Source: a virus. Taken from it: a stretch of 64,000 bases of DNA. Below the pieces are notes generated by a model. That model made no database searches and was not told the origin of the DNA. It worked only from the letters and a program-made list of their open reading frames with translations. This document shows, in pieces, positions 48,604 through 57,851 of this stretch. Location: the IMG/VR virus record IMGVR_UViG_3300049830_000285, positions 113,709 to 177,708 of that record; one strand, 5' to 3'. The position numbers and the translations under genes are program-made. The number at the start of each line of letters is the position of its first letter. The first letter of the stretch is position 1.

Positions 48604-48906
48604 TTATGGCACAGTATTCGAGTTTTGAGGAATATATAGTGATGGTCTATCGAGGCATGGGAATAACAATTCTCTTAATTTGTCTTGCAAGATATTTTCA
48701 TAGACTGCATCTAGCCATTGATGCCTTGTTGTCATTGAAGCTGGTTTGCAATGTTGCTTGCCCTCAAAATAAACAGCGTATACTTCACCTTCATCTAAGT
48801 CATCAGTTTTATTGGCTGGAAAATAAGTGGTTGCATATTCTTTTCGAACGGCAAATCCATATGATTGGATAATCTTAATTTTATCTTGCGTAGTGACGTA
48901 AAGCAC
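48604..48906 (-). CDS. Hypothetical protein
   Basis: 100-aa ORF. Confidence 0.5.
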   Translation of the reverse strand: MLYVTTQDKIKIIQSYGFAVRKEYATTYFPANKTDDLDEGEVYAVYFEGKQHCKPASMTTRHQWLDAVYENILQDKLRELLFPCLDRPSLYIPQNSNTVP

Positions 48907-48921
48907 AAGTGAATTATACCA

Positions 48922-49653
48922 CTATTCGTCAATCGCCTCATTTTCTGAGGCGATTATGGCTCTTAATCGCCTCACTCTAGCTCTGGCTAATTCTTCAATA
49001 GCGCCTTTCTTAACTGCAAGGGCACGTTTTGAAGGAATCAAGTCGTAATGATGTGTGCGTTTATCTTGGAACCAACACCATTTAGTTTTATTTTTTGTGA
49101 GGGCAATATCCATACAATCCCAAAGACATGTTGCAATTGTGGCAGAGCACTCGGTAGCCTTCTGGATATTCATTTTTTCTGAGCCAATAATAGAATGAAT
49201 GTCCTCCTTTATTTTTTCCGAACAACTCTCTTCTGTGCTTTCCTCCTCCTCCGTTGATGTGGTCAATACACAAAAATTCTTTAGTGGTTTCTCCACAACA
49301 TTGACATTGGTTTCCGTATGCTTTAAGGGCGGTTGCTCTGTAATCGGCTTGTCTTTGTTTGGTTTGTGATAAAAGTGCGCATCGGTTGTCTTGATAGTAA
49401 TTGCTGTTAAATTCTTTGACACAAGTTTTGCATTTTTGTCCAGCGATTCTTGCTCCACCGCATTTTGAGCATATTGGTTTGTGTAGCGCCATTGCTTACA
49501 TATTGTACATGCAAGTGGTGTTTTTAGCCCAATTAAATCAGCCATAGCGTGCAATTCTTCATCAGAATCGGCTGTCATATGACACCAAACCTTCCATCTC
49601 AGTTTAGTGTCATATGTGCGAAGCTCGTCAACATAAACGCTCATAATTAACAA
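48922..49653 (-). CDS. DUF4031-like protein interrupted by a 441-nt in-frame insertion
   Basis: VYVD..WCHMTAD..ELHAMADLIGLK [147-codon insert] WCWFQ..HYDL..RALAVKKGA. Confidence 0.7.
   Translation of the reverse strand: MLIMSVYVDELRTYDTKLRWKVWCHMTADSDEELHAMADLIGLKTPLACTICKQWRYTNQYAQNAVEQESLDKNAKLVSKNLTAITIKTTDAHFYHKPNKDKPITEQPPLKHTETNVNVVEKPLKNFCVLTTSTEEEESTEESCSEKIKEDIHSIIGSEKMNIQKATECSATIATCLWDCMDIALTKNKTKWCWFQDKRTHHYDLIPSKRALAVKKGAIEELARARVRRLRAIIASENEAIDE
49088..49492 (-). CDS. HNH-like endonuclease nested in another frame inside the DUF4031-like gene
   Basis: YGNQCQCCGE..LCIDHING..LCHNCN. Confidence 0.85.
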   Translation of the reverse strand: MALHKPICSKCGGARIAGQKCKTCVKEFNSNYYQDNRCALLSQTKQRQADYRATALKAYGNQCQCCGETTKEFLCIDHINGGGGKHRRELFGKNKGGHSFYYWLRKNEYPEGYRVLCHNCNMSLGLYGYCPHKK

Positions 49654-50324
49654 TACGTTTCTGTTGTGTTCTCGTAACTCTTAATAGAGTCGTGAACTCG
49701 AACAATACCGAAGTCACTTGATTTCACTTTCACCATTCGACCATCTGGGTGGTGCCAAACGACACCCTCGATATTCTCTTTGGTAAGCTCCTCGCGAATC
49801 TCATCGAAAGTTCTTGGAAAGCTCATAAACGAAATATCACCGTGACTTCGCAAAATGTGGTCTGCTAAGTTCTCGGGATTTTTACCAGCACGAGTTCCAA
49901 TTTTAGGGCCACACAACTCGTATGTACCATTTGGATACATACCTGGATTAGCCTCATAAATACCTAAGACAAGTTTGTCATCTGGCAATTTACATGGAAC
50001 CCAGCCAGGTAAGTGACCTGTAATTGGGTCGAAGTCCTGGAGTTGAATAAAGCCCTCTGGTGGTTTACGGTTGTGAACACGCTTTTCACCAGTTTTATTG
50101 TCGATGGTGAATGCTTTAGCGTCATAGCGCTTAAACAATTGTCCATCTTGAATCATGATGGCAATGCCATCCCATTTACGAGTTGCCGTTCCTTCGCCGT
50201 TCTGCACCCACTCAGTACCAGGCGTCACCTGGTTAATCACTAAGCCGTCGTTGCTGTAATCACGCACGAAGAGAGTTGGAATTTTCTTCATTTTACCTTG
50301 TTGTGAATGAAGTACAGCATTCAC
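49647..50324 (-). CDS. Putative ATP-dependent RNA ligase (RLIG1/C12orf29-like family)
   Basis: MKKIPTLF, ATRKWDG motif I, TYELCG, EGVVW..GRMVKVK. Confidence 0.7.
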   Translation of the reverse strand: MNAVLHSQQGKMKKIPTLFVRDYSNDGLVINQVTPGTEWVQNGEGTATRKWDGIAIMIQDGQLFKRYDAKAFTIDNKTGEKRVHNRKPPEGFIQLQDFDPITGHLPGWVPCKLPDDKLVLGIYEANPGMYPNGTYELCGPKIGTRAGKNPENLADHILRSHGDISFMSFPRTFDEIREELTKENIEGVVWHHPDGRMVKVKSSDFGIVRVHDSIKSYENTTETYC

Positions 50325-50361
50325 TCTGTTCGAATCCCGCCTGCACCAAGGTAATTAGTAT

Positions 50362-50448
50362 ACCCTTCAACGGGAGTGTCCTGCCGTTAGACGACTGAAG
50401 CTTGCGCTAAAGCTGGGAATCGAACCCAGGTTACTCCCTCTGAAGAGT
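50362..50448 (-). ncRNA. Circularly permuted tRNA-like RNA (YrlA-like) module 2
   Basis: Order T arm, acceptor-like hairpin capped by GCAA, D arm; ends close as CUCUUCAG-A-GGGAG/CUCCC-G-UUGAAGGG. Confidence 0.65.
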
Positions 50449-50452
50449 TTCT

Positions 50453-50541
50453 ATCCTATAACGGGCTGCTCTAACCACTGAGCTACACCGCCGCGAACGA
50501 CGATGGTTGGATTTGAACCAACGACATACCCTCTATAGGAC
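50453..50541 (-). ncRNA. Circularly permuted tRNA-like RNA (YrlA-like) module 1
   Basis: T arm GUUGG-UUCAAAU-CCAAC, acceptor CAUCGUC/GGCGGUG capped by G-UUCG-C, D arm GCUC/GAGC, closing stem GUCCUAUAG/UUAUAGGAU. Confidence 0.75.
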
Positions 50542-50593
50542 TTCTTTATTCTTCCTCAACTCTATTGTTTTGTCAACCGATTTTGAGGAAAAA

Positions 50594-50689
50594 TGAATAA
50601 CATAGTCCTTCCAAATTAGACGAGTCAGCAGGTTGAATCGCAATGCTCAACGCCATTTAGTGAGAATCGAACTCACATTATGTTATCCA
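50594..50689 (-). ncRNA. Circularly permuted tRNA-like RNA module 3 (more degenerate)
   Basis: T arm GUGAG-UUCGAUU-CUCAC, central hairpin, D arm GUCU/GGAC, 11-bp closing stem. Confidence 0.55.
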
Positions 50690-50726
50690 GTTATGTACGA
50701 TGACGAATAAGGATTTTGAGGAAAAG

Positions 50727-51074
50727 TTATTTAAGCTGTAAACCGTGTCTATCGCACCAATCTTTTAGATATTGTTGGCACAATTCAATGCCATTGTCAA
50801 AGAGAATGTTCTTGGCTAAATAGCGTTCATCTTCGTCAACATCTATCATATGTCTAACAGTTTTACCGTTTGAATCTTCCTTAAATGGTGCGCGAAATTC
50901 AATATCGTAAAGCAATGGAATATCAGTGGAATATACTGCATCGACTTCACCGCAGCCAACTGGATAGCGAGTTTGAACTTGTGGGAAAAGGGTGAATGCA
51001 AGGATTGCCGTATCAGCTAGATAAACATGATGTGGCTCTGGATAGCCAATCATACGGTAGATGTCGCCACTCAC
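50727..51074 (-). CDS. Hypothetical protein
   Basis: 115-aa ORF. Confidence 0.5.
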   Translation of the reverse strand: MSGDIYRMIGYPEPHHVYLADTAILAFTLFPQVQTRYPVGCGEVDAVYSTDIPLLYDIEFRAPFKEDSNGKTVRHMIDVDEDERYLAKNILFDNGIELCQQYLKDWCDRHGLQLK

Positions 51075-51553
51075 GAAAGAATGTCTCCGAGTCTTACTCT
51101 GCCGTCTGGAGTGGCAAGTAGTCCATACTCTTCTTTGGTCATTTCTTGTGGAGATTGTAGAGCAGATATCCCAATTTCAAAGATTTCGCCGCAGTTGCAT
51201 TCCCATCCAATTTTCAATGCTGCTAAATCATCGTGCTGCCAGAAACGTTTCATTTTGCAAGAATGCGTTTGCATGGCGCGTTTGAGAGACAAAAAAGAGT
51301 CATATCCCATGATGATTTAGTTATACACTTGTTTAGATTTCAAATGATTCAATTAATTCTTATGTTAACTGACAATATCTCCTTATTTGGATATAATGAA
51401 TTGGATTCACAGGCGAACCATTAAGTCATTGGCGACTCAACGTAAATAAGGAGGAGCTAAATGGTTAAGAAAATTGAAGAGTTAATGAATCACATTGTGG
51501 CGTTAATACTGCCACCCGACATGAGATAATCAATCAATCCCCAACGTCGTGGA

Positions 51554-51877
51554 TTAAACAAACATATAAAGCGCGTCATCGTGAGGACATACACCGCACT
51601 TGAGTAGTTCTTTTACTTGCTCGTCAGTAATAATTTCATTTAACTCGTCTGTGTCGATGTCTAAATAAATACCATAATGGTCGGTGCCTGATACTATATC
51701 GCTTTTATCTGGCATAATCGAATCCAATAACATAAAAGCATGTAAATCTCTCCTGTTACTGTGCTTATTTTCAATGGATTGAAAACTATCAATGCTATCG
51801 CATTCATCGCGGAATTTGTCAAATCGCTCGCCTAATGTCATTTTCTTTCCTTTGGCATTACACAAAAAACACACCAA
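51554..51877 (-). CDS. Hypothetical protein
   Basis: HSNRRDLHAFMLLD motif ORF. Confidence 0.55.
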   Translation of the reverse strand: MVCFLCNAKGKKMTLGERFDKFRDECDSIDSFQSIENKHSNRRDLHAFMLLDSIMPDKSDIVSGTDHYGIYLDIDTDELNEIITDEQVKELLKCGVCPHDDALYMFV

Positions 51878-52206
51878 TCATCTGACTCTCCATTAAAGTC
51901 ATGGCTGTCGGGTAATTTGTACAATTCTCCACCCAATAGTTGAACGCAGCCATCTTTTGAATGATAATGACAGACGCCATCTGGAGATATTTTGCAACGC
52001 CATCCTCGATGCTGTCCGCATTTAATACACCTTGCGCCCTCACTCATCCATTCGTCTTCAAGCTCTTCTTTGGTAAGTGGCTCAAACTCACAGTTGCAAT
52101 GATGCATAAGCTCAAATAAAGCTTTATATGCCTCTGCAAGCGTCATGCCTGCTTCTTCTAGGGAATTTAAGAGCTTCTTAGCCTCTTCGCTGATATTAAA
52201 TGACAT
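51838..52206 (-). CDS. Cys-rich hypothetical protein
   Basis: Multiple CxxC/CxC motifs. Confidence 0.55.
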   Translation of the reverse strand: MSFNISEEAKKLLNSLEEAGMTLAEAYKALFELMHHCNCEFEPLTKEELEDEWMSEGARCIKCGQHRGWRCKISPDGVCHYHSKDGCVQLLGGELYKLPDSHDFNGESDDWCVFCVMPKERK

Positions 52207-52891
52207 AAGGTGGCTTTGGTGTCCTAACGGTATAATCGTCGTCGTATTTTCCGTTGTAATCTTCTTGTCTTAAAAATTCATGAACATATTTCTCGTTAGC
52301 TTCAATTTTCATTTTCTTTGCCCGAATTTCAGCTTCTCGTTCTTGATTGGAAATTTTAAGTGCTTGTACAGCAGCTTCTTGATATTCTGGCAGGTTGGCT
52401 AATTCTCGCTCAAGTTCTTTTTTGTTATTGATGGCAGCGCTTTGCTCAAGTTTGTCCATCATAACCTTAGCAAGTCTTTCAGCTTTATTGACCTCAATGT
52501 TAGCTTCTCGCTCGTGCTGGTCTGCGATAGCTTTTGCGGCATCAATTTCAACTTGATGTGGCAGGGCGAGACGAGTTCTCTCTAATTCGATTTCTTTATC
52601 TAACAAAGCAATTCTTTCTGCCTCTGCTTCAAGCTTTTTCTTAGCAGCGTCAATTTCAACATCAAATGGAATTCTCGCTCTTTGTCTTTCAAGTTCGACT
52701 GTTTCTCGCAGCACTTCAAGATTGCTTCGTTCTTGCATTACGGAATCTTGAATAATAGCTAAATTATGTCGCGCTTGTTTATCTTCTATTCGATTATCGA
52801 AATATGCAGCCCATCGTTGTCGATTAACAAAAATGAACAAGAATACTCCTGCCGTCCAAACAGCAATAAAGTTTTGCCAAAAATCAGTCAT
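52196..52891 (-). CDS. Membrane-anchored coiled-coil protein
   Basis: N-terminal TM; internal repeat ELERQRARIPFDVEIDAAK / ELERTRLALPHQVEIDAAK. Confidence 0.65.
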   Translation of the reverse strand: MTDFWQNFIAVWTAGVFLFIFVNRQRWAAYFDNRIEDKQARHNLAIIQDSVMQERSNLEVLRETVELERQRARIPFDVEIDAAKKKLEAEAERIALLDKEIELERTRLALPHQVEIDAAKAIADQHEREANIEVNKAERLAKVMMDKLEQSAAINNKKELERELANLPEYQEAAVQALKISNQEREAEIRAKKMKIEANEKYVHEFLRQEDYNGKYDDDYTVRTPKPPYVI

Positions 52892-52897
52892 GCTTCA

Positions 52898-53602
52898 CTA
52901 TACCTGAATTATGCCTCTATTAATCAAGTGTCCGCGAATATCACGGATGGTGTTATCTTCATCGCTGACAACCAATTCCGCTTCCCAGCCAGCATTACGG
53001 GCGGCATCAACATTTGCTTGAACATCGTCAAAGTACAAAATATTTCTTGGCGAACGAGCAAATGACATCTCTTCAAAAGCTTTAAATGCTTTAATATCTG
53101 GCTTATTGAATCCAATTTCAAATGACAAAGCATTGTGTTGCATCAAAGCAATCGCGGAATATTCTTCGTTGTCTTTCAAAATATCCCAATGAAGTTGACT
53201 TGTGTTCGACAAGCAACCTGTCGTGATACTATTTTTCAACAAAGCTAAAAGTGTGAGAAAAGCGCCTGGATACTGTCTTCCGAGAATATGCGTATGTATT
53301 AACTCAGCGCATTCTAAACATTCTTCAATGGTGAAATTGTCGTCATTTGACCCAAACAAATAATCTTGCAGCACTAATAAATGTTTTTCTTTGCTTATTT
53401 TGCCAGCCTGATATAAGTCAAAAGTTGAACAATCAGATAAATCGGCATTTTGAGTGTGTTTCAATAATTTAGGCCATCGACCACGGTATGTATATACGGA
53501 TTCATTTTGAGCGTGAAACGCTGCTGCGCCCCAAGTTTTATTCACGTGGACTAAGGTTCCACCGAGGTCGAAACAGACGATTTTCGTTGTGACATTTATC
53601 AT
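52898..53602 (-). CDS. HAD-superfamily phosphatase
   Basis: FDLGGTL, LSNT, KPD, YFDD..NV. Confidence 0.88.
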   Translation of the reverse strand: MINVTTKIVCFDLGGTLVHVNKTWGAAAFHAQNESVYTYRGRWPKLLKHTQNADLSDCSTFDLYQAGKISKEKHLLVLQDYLFGSNDDNFTIEECLECAELIHTHILGRQYPGAFLTLLALLKNSITTGCLSNTSQLHWDILKDNEEYSAIALMQHNALSFEIGFNKPDIKAFKAFEEMSFARSPRNILYFDDVQANVDAARNAGWEAELVVSDEDNTIRDIRGHLINRGIIQV

Positions 53603-54117
53603 TAATATTGCTCCCGGTAGAATAGTGAAAACATATTAAGAATTTCATACATTCGCATAACTGAAATCTTAGCATTTTCGCCGTGTTCTGGTTCTACTGG
53701 CATTTCTCGGCTCCAAGGCTTGCTGCTTACCATAACAGAAAGATTTAACCCGTCAGATGGACAAACATAATGCCAGCCATTGGGATTTTCCATGCAGTAT
53801 TCGCTACCAGCTTTTAGAATCACTTTACAAGCTTCTGGCGGCGCTTCCAATCCCTCACCGTATCCAATTCCCATTTCATATCCGCCATGAACTACGCGGA
53901 TGCCAGATACCCAAGGATGCGGATGATATAGACAGTCAATCTGTGAAGCTGGATGAATCACATGAAGGCTAATTCGATAATCACCCCATTGTCGCCAAAC
54001 GCGCTCAACTCTCGGTTCATGATAGAGAACGTCAATGCCGTTCCATCCGTCTAAATCATGGAGTAATTCAGGAAGATATACTTCCGCTTGATGTAACTTT
54101 TCTAACATGAGGTTCAT
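53602..54117 (-). CDS. Cupin-like hypothetical protein
   Basis: YHPHPW..GYE..WHYV. Confidence 0.5.
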   Translation of the reverse strand: MNLMLEKLHQAEVYLPELLHDLDGWNGIDVLYHEPRVERVWRQWGDYRISLHVIHPASQIDCLYHPHPWVSGIRVVHGGYEMGIGYGEGLEAPPEACKVILKAGSEYCMENPNGWHYVCPSDGLNLSVMVSSKPWSREMPVEPEHGENAKISVMRMYEILNMFSLFYREQY

Positions 54118-54320
54118 AATGTTTCACTTCTCGGTCGTCATCTTCCCAGCCATCATCTAGCTCGCCATCTTTCATTTTTATTATGGCGTTTCCAATATGA
54201 ACGCCAGCTATAGAAATGTCGATGATTAAATTTTGAATGTTATTTTTGTAATCAACATCCACAATTTCTGCGCCGACTGTTAAGTTCGATGCCAGATATT
54301 CAACGTCTAAATCCACGCTT

Positions 54321-54677
54321 TCATATCTTATTGACAGGCTGTTTTGAGGAAATAAATCCCTGAACGAGCTTCATCTTTTCTAATGCTGTCTCGTGGTCGG
54401 GTACTAAATCCAAAATTTTTGTGAGCGTTGCCTCTGAGTCTTTGTACTGACTAAGATGAAAATAACACATTCCAATGTTCATGTTAATTTCAACCCAATG
54501 TCTGGTGTGTGGCAGAATCCAGTCTCGATATTTCTTGAACAAGAAAAGTGCTTGACGATAATCTCCGTTTAAAGCTGCGAGTTCAGCTAAGGTTGCCAAT
54601 TCCCACGGGCGCTTAATGGAACGAATATCCTTTTTAGATACAACTGGGCGTCTTCCTAATCGCAATATATTACTCAC
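54321..54677 (-). CDS. TPR-containing protein
   Basis: NIGMCYFHLSQYKDS..LDLVPDH. Confidence 0.7.
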   Translation of the reverse strand: MSNILRLGRRPVVSKKDIRSIKRPWELATLAELAALNGDYRQALFLFKKYRDWILPHTRHWVEINMNIGMCYFHLSQYKDSEATLTKILDLVPDHETALEKMKLVQGFISSKQPVNKI

Positions 54678-54753
54678 GCGATTATTTTACCACATTTGTG
54701 TATAAACAAATTGTCGAGTATAAGCCTAGAGTTTTACTGCGACAGGACAGAAA

Positions 54754-55986
54754 ATGCCAATATCTCCTAAAGAAATCGCTGATAAGCGTATCGAAAACAC
54801 CGTCACAAAGCTTTGTGACCTCATCGACAGAAAGCTTCAAGAATCAGAAGACACTCCTTTTGAATTCACATTCCTAGCTAACACAAGCCCTGAAGCTCAA
54901 AATTCCATTGTAGACATCTACCGTAAAATCGGATGGAGCGCTGCGCTCATCAAGAAAAGTGAAGGAGTGCTATCAACTTTAGTTTTACAACACCCAAATG
55001 ATGCTCTTAAGCAAGCACTTGAGGCTGAAACACCTAAATCAAATTTACTAAGTCCACCAAGCTCAGTTGTTTCATTCATAAATGACCGCCCAGCTCAGTC
55101 GATTAAAGGTAGAGAGGCAAAAGATAGACTCAAGAATCAGTCTATGACAGGCAACGAGGTAAAAGATAAACTCATTGCAGAAGCTTTAAGCTGCGATGAA
55201 GGGCATTTTGCACTGGCAGTAAATATTGCAGAACCAATAAATCATCGGCTAGCAGCAACATCTCCTATGCGAAAATTATTTATAGTAGACAATTTACCAA
55301 ACGATGCAAAGCCTACTTATGACACCAGATTTGACACACATCCCATCTATCATTCTAAGGATGGAACTATAAAAAGTTATGATGAAAATGATGAAAACTG
55401 TCTTGAAGACATTACCGAATTAAAGGCACATGTTGAAATACCAAATGAACGATTGCTTAAAAGACAATTTTATGTCGTAGATGATGCTCAGTGCAGACTA
55501 AGCGATTCACTCGAAAGTCAAGAGGCTTGTGTAATGATGAAACTGTTACAAGCGGCAGCAGTATTTGACCAAACAATTTACACATATGGTGAAACCACTC
55601 AAAGAGCTATTCTGGATTCGATAGGTGAAATTGAATCAGGTGATATGATTGCAGCAAAATTGATTATTCATCCCAAGACATACAGACGAGTTATGTTTCA
55701 TAAGATGTACAGCGGCGATATGGAAGAGGCAACCATGAGAGATGTACTAATGACAGGACTTTATGGACATATATACACATTAGATATTCATGTTAGCACT
55801 CATGTACCTGAAAATGAAATGTTCATTACGCCAATGGCATCATTTCTTGGAGCATATGCATTGCCGAGTAATGTTGAGGTGTTGCCATGTAAAGCAAAGG
55901 ATAAATTGGGATTTCTTGCAAAAATACAATGTTTTCCCGTGATTATGAATCCTCAGTCTGTTCGCAAGATTGTGATTCGATGGTGA
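54754..55986 (+). CDS. Capsid-like paralog with N-terminal extension
   Basis: LIAEAL..EG..ALA..EPI..RKLFIVDNLP..YD; RQFYVVDDAQ; GHIYTLDIHVSTHVPEN resemble a huge-phage major capsid protein (recognised from memory, not searched). Confidence 0.55.
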   Translation: MPISPKEIADKRIENTVTKLCDLIDRKLQESEDTPFEFTFLANTSPEAQNSIVDIYRKIGWSAALIKKSEGVLSTLVLQHPNDALKQALEAETPKSNLLSPPSSVVSFINDRPAQSIKGREAKDRLKNQSMTGNEVKDKLIAEALSCDEGHFALAVNIAEPINHRLAATSPMRKLFIVDNLPNDAKPTYDTRFDTHPIYHSKDGTIKSYDENDENCLEDITELKAHVEIPNERLLKRQFYVVDDAQCRLSDSLESQEACVMMKLLQAAAVFDQTIYTYGETTQRAILDSIGEIESGDMIAAKLIIHPKTYRRVMFHKMYSGDMEEATMRDVLMTGLYGHIYTLDIHVSTHVPENEMFITPMASFLGAYALPSNVEVLPCKAKDKLGFLAKIQCFPVIMNPQSVRKIVIRW

Positions 55987-55987
55987 T

Positions 55988-56464
55988 TTAGAAAATCTCG
56001 TCTCGAACTCGCATAATCGCCTCGCCCAGCCAATTTGTCCCTTTCCATTTGGCTGGGTCACAAACGTCTTTATGGCTGTCCATCATTCCAATGCCCCAAA
56101 TATTGTCGTCGCGGCTTGCTTCAACAATATGAGTTTTGCCAGTTGCAAATAAGCGAGACTTCAACATATCATGTTGAGTAAATTTAGCGAGATTGGCGCG
56201 ATAGACAATTTCGCGACAGTTTGCATCCCAAACAGCTTTATCAAAACCCTTTACCATGCGTCCTAAGCTCTTTTGAGTGCTTGGGTCACTGACAGCCATA
56301 ATGCGCTCCCAAATGTCGTCATCCTTAAATAAACGAGCTTTCTCTGCCATCATGTATTGTTCATTGCAATTGTAAGTTACTCCGTCGATGACAATAGGAT
56401 ACATAGCCCATTGAGAAAAAGGGCCAGACCAGAAGAAAGTAAAATCGCGTCGTGATTGTTTCAT
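55988..56464 (-). CDS. NADAR (YbiA/DUF1768) family protein
   Basis: FSQW, EQYMMAEKARLF, QKSLGR, KFTQH, EASRDDNIWGIG, NWLGEAIM. Confidence 0.92.
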   Translation of the reverse strand: MKQSRRDFTFFWSGPFSQWAMYPIVIDGVTYNCNEQYMMAEKARLFKDDDIWERIMAVSDPSTQKSLGRMVKGFDKAVWDANCREIVYRANLAKFTQHDMLKSRLFATGKTHIVEASRDDNIWGIGMMDSHKDVCDPAKWKGTNWLGEAIMRVRDEIF

Positions 56465-56477
56465 AGAAGCATTATAC

Positions 56478-56831
56478 CTAAAAATGAATATGCTCTTTCA
56501 AATCTACCACCATTTCATTTATCAGTTGAATGGCAGCATCTTTGTCTCCGTGAACAGCCTTTGATAGCAAAGATGCGTCAAGTGCATCTTTTTCTTCACT
56601 AATCACCCTTTCAACATATGGTACCAGGCCGTTTTCGTTCACTTGATACCCAAACGCTTTCAAGGCTAGATTTCTGGCTCTTAGTATATCTAAAAGAACT
56701 TGAAGAGTTACTCTTTTGTCACCCGTCTTTGTCATTTCAATGGCAACGCGACTCATAAAAGCAGCGCGTATATGCGTTGCTGCTCCCAAGCGTTCTTTGT
56801 TAGTGAGATTTTCCGCAACATCCATCAGCAC
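56478..56831 (-). CDS. Hypothetical protein
   Basis: 117-aa ORF. Confidence 0.5.
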   Translation of the reverse strand: MLMDVAENLTNKERLGAATHIRAAFMSRVAIEMTKTGDKRVTLQVLLDILRARNLALKAFGYQVNENGLVPYVERVISEEKDALDASLLSKAVHGDKDAAIQLINEMVVDLKEHIHF

Positions 56832-57293
56832 ACTCCAATCGTTAAAGTTTGGTTACCACCGCGACTAAAGCTGATATCATTGTGTAGCAATGATATCTTA
56901 TGCATAGCCTCGTAGATAATATACTTGAAGTAATCATCTTTTTTATCTCTTTGATAGTCGCAATATTCTTGTTCCCACGGCATGCGAATTTCAACCTTAG
57001 CGAGAAACAGCACAATCTCTTTGCGTAAGTCAATTTCGTTGTCTGCTTCAATGGTGTATTTCATATGCTCCGTAAAGCTTCCAATTGGAGTTATCATATG
57101 GAAATCCATATCTGAGTCGATTTCAATAAATGCTTTCATTATTTTCCTTAATATAATCTGACAATATACATGCAGCTATCATTTTTCCAGTTTCACGGCA
57201 TGCTATTTCTATCTCTTCTTTTGAAGCCGTCGAAATATCTTTGCCGAAGTTTTCCCTAAGATAACGGTGTACTAGGTCGTCAATCATAATTTT

Positions 57294-57851
57294 TCAAGCT
57301 GGTAGACTGTGTTCAATGTTGATTAAAATATGGTGAGCCTTATACCAAAATTCAGTTTCTGTCGTTTCAAGTGGAGTATGTCCGTCAAGCATGGAATGCG
57401 GCTGATTCATAAACTTTTCTGCGGCTTCTTCACTCCCAAGTGTTGAAACAGCCCTCGCTTTCAGTGCCTCAAATCGCTCTGCATTGACAGATTCAGTAGT
57501 TGGCATTACTTCTACAAATAGCATCGCAATGGCTTCTGTGAGAGTTGCTGTAACGTCAATATCTTCGTAGTAATATGATTCAAGACGAATAGATGCATTT
57601 TCAGCTTTAACAAGATAATTGCTGCCATAGTTACTTTGGTAAGAATGAATCTCAACATTAATGCAACGAGCTTCCATTCGCTGAATTAAATCAAGTAATG
57701 CCAACGGATATTCTTTTTGTTCAGAATCATCCAAATACATTTTCGCATTATCTTTGGTAAGCCAAGCGAGAATGTTGCCATCTCCGTGTCGCTGGACATA
57801 AACGCCTTTGTCTAATCGTTCGGCTATCTTTTCTAGAAGTTCAAGTTTCAT
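57294..57851 (-). CDS. Protein with C-terminal MbcA/ParS/Xre antitoxin-like (DUF2384) domain
   Basis: AVSTLGSEEAAEKFMNQPHSMLDGHTPLE..ILINIEHSLPA. Confidence 0.7.
   Translation of the reverse strand: MKLELLEKIAERLDKGVYVQRHGDGNILAWLTKDNAKMYLDDSEQKEYPLALLDLIQRMEARCINVEIHSYQSNYGSNYLVKAENASIRLESYYYEDIDVTATLTEAIAMLFVEVMPTTESVNAERFEALKARAVSTLGSEEAAEKFMNQPHSMLDGHTPLETTETEFWYKAHHILINIEHSLPA

Noticed and set aside
49081-49524. Group I intron in the DUF4031-like gene
   Set aside because: Only about 30 nt of non-HNH flank, no P3-P7 core motifs and no terminal G at the junction.
50328-50348. Plus-strand tRNA 3'-end-like GTTCGAATCCCGCCTGCACCA as a tRNA or att site
   Set aside because: No T-stem partner or 5' half, and no second copy or integrase in the window.
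50362-50541. Two-piece tmRNA or true permuted tRNA genes
   Set aside because: No tag ORF, no CCA end and no anticodon loop; acceptor stems are capped by tetraloops, which fits YrlA-like RNAs better.
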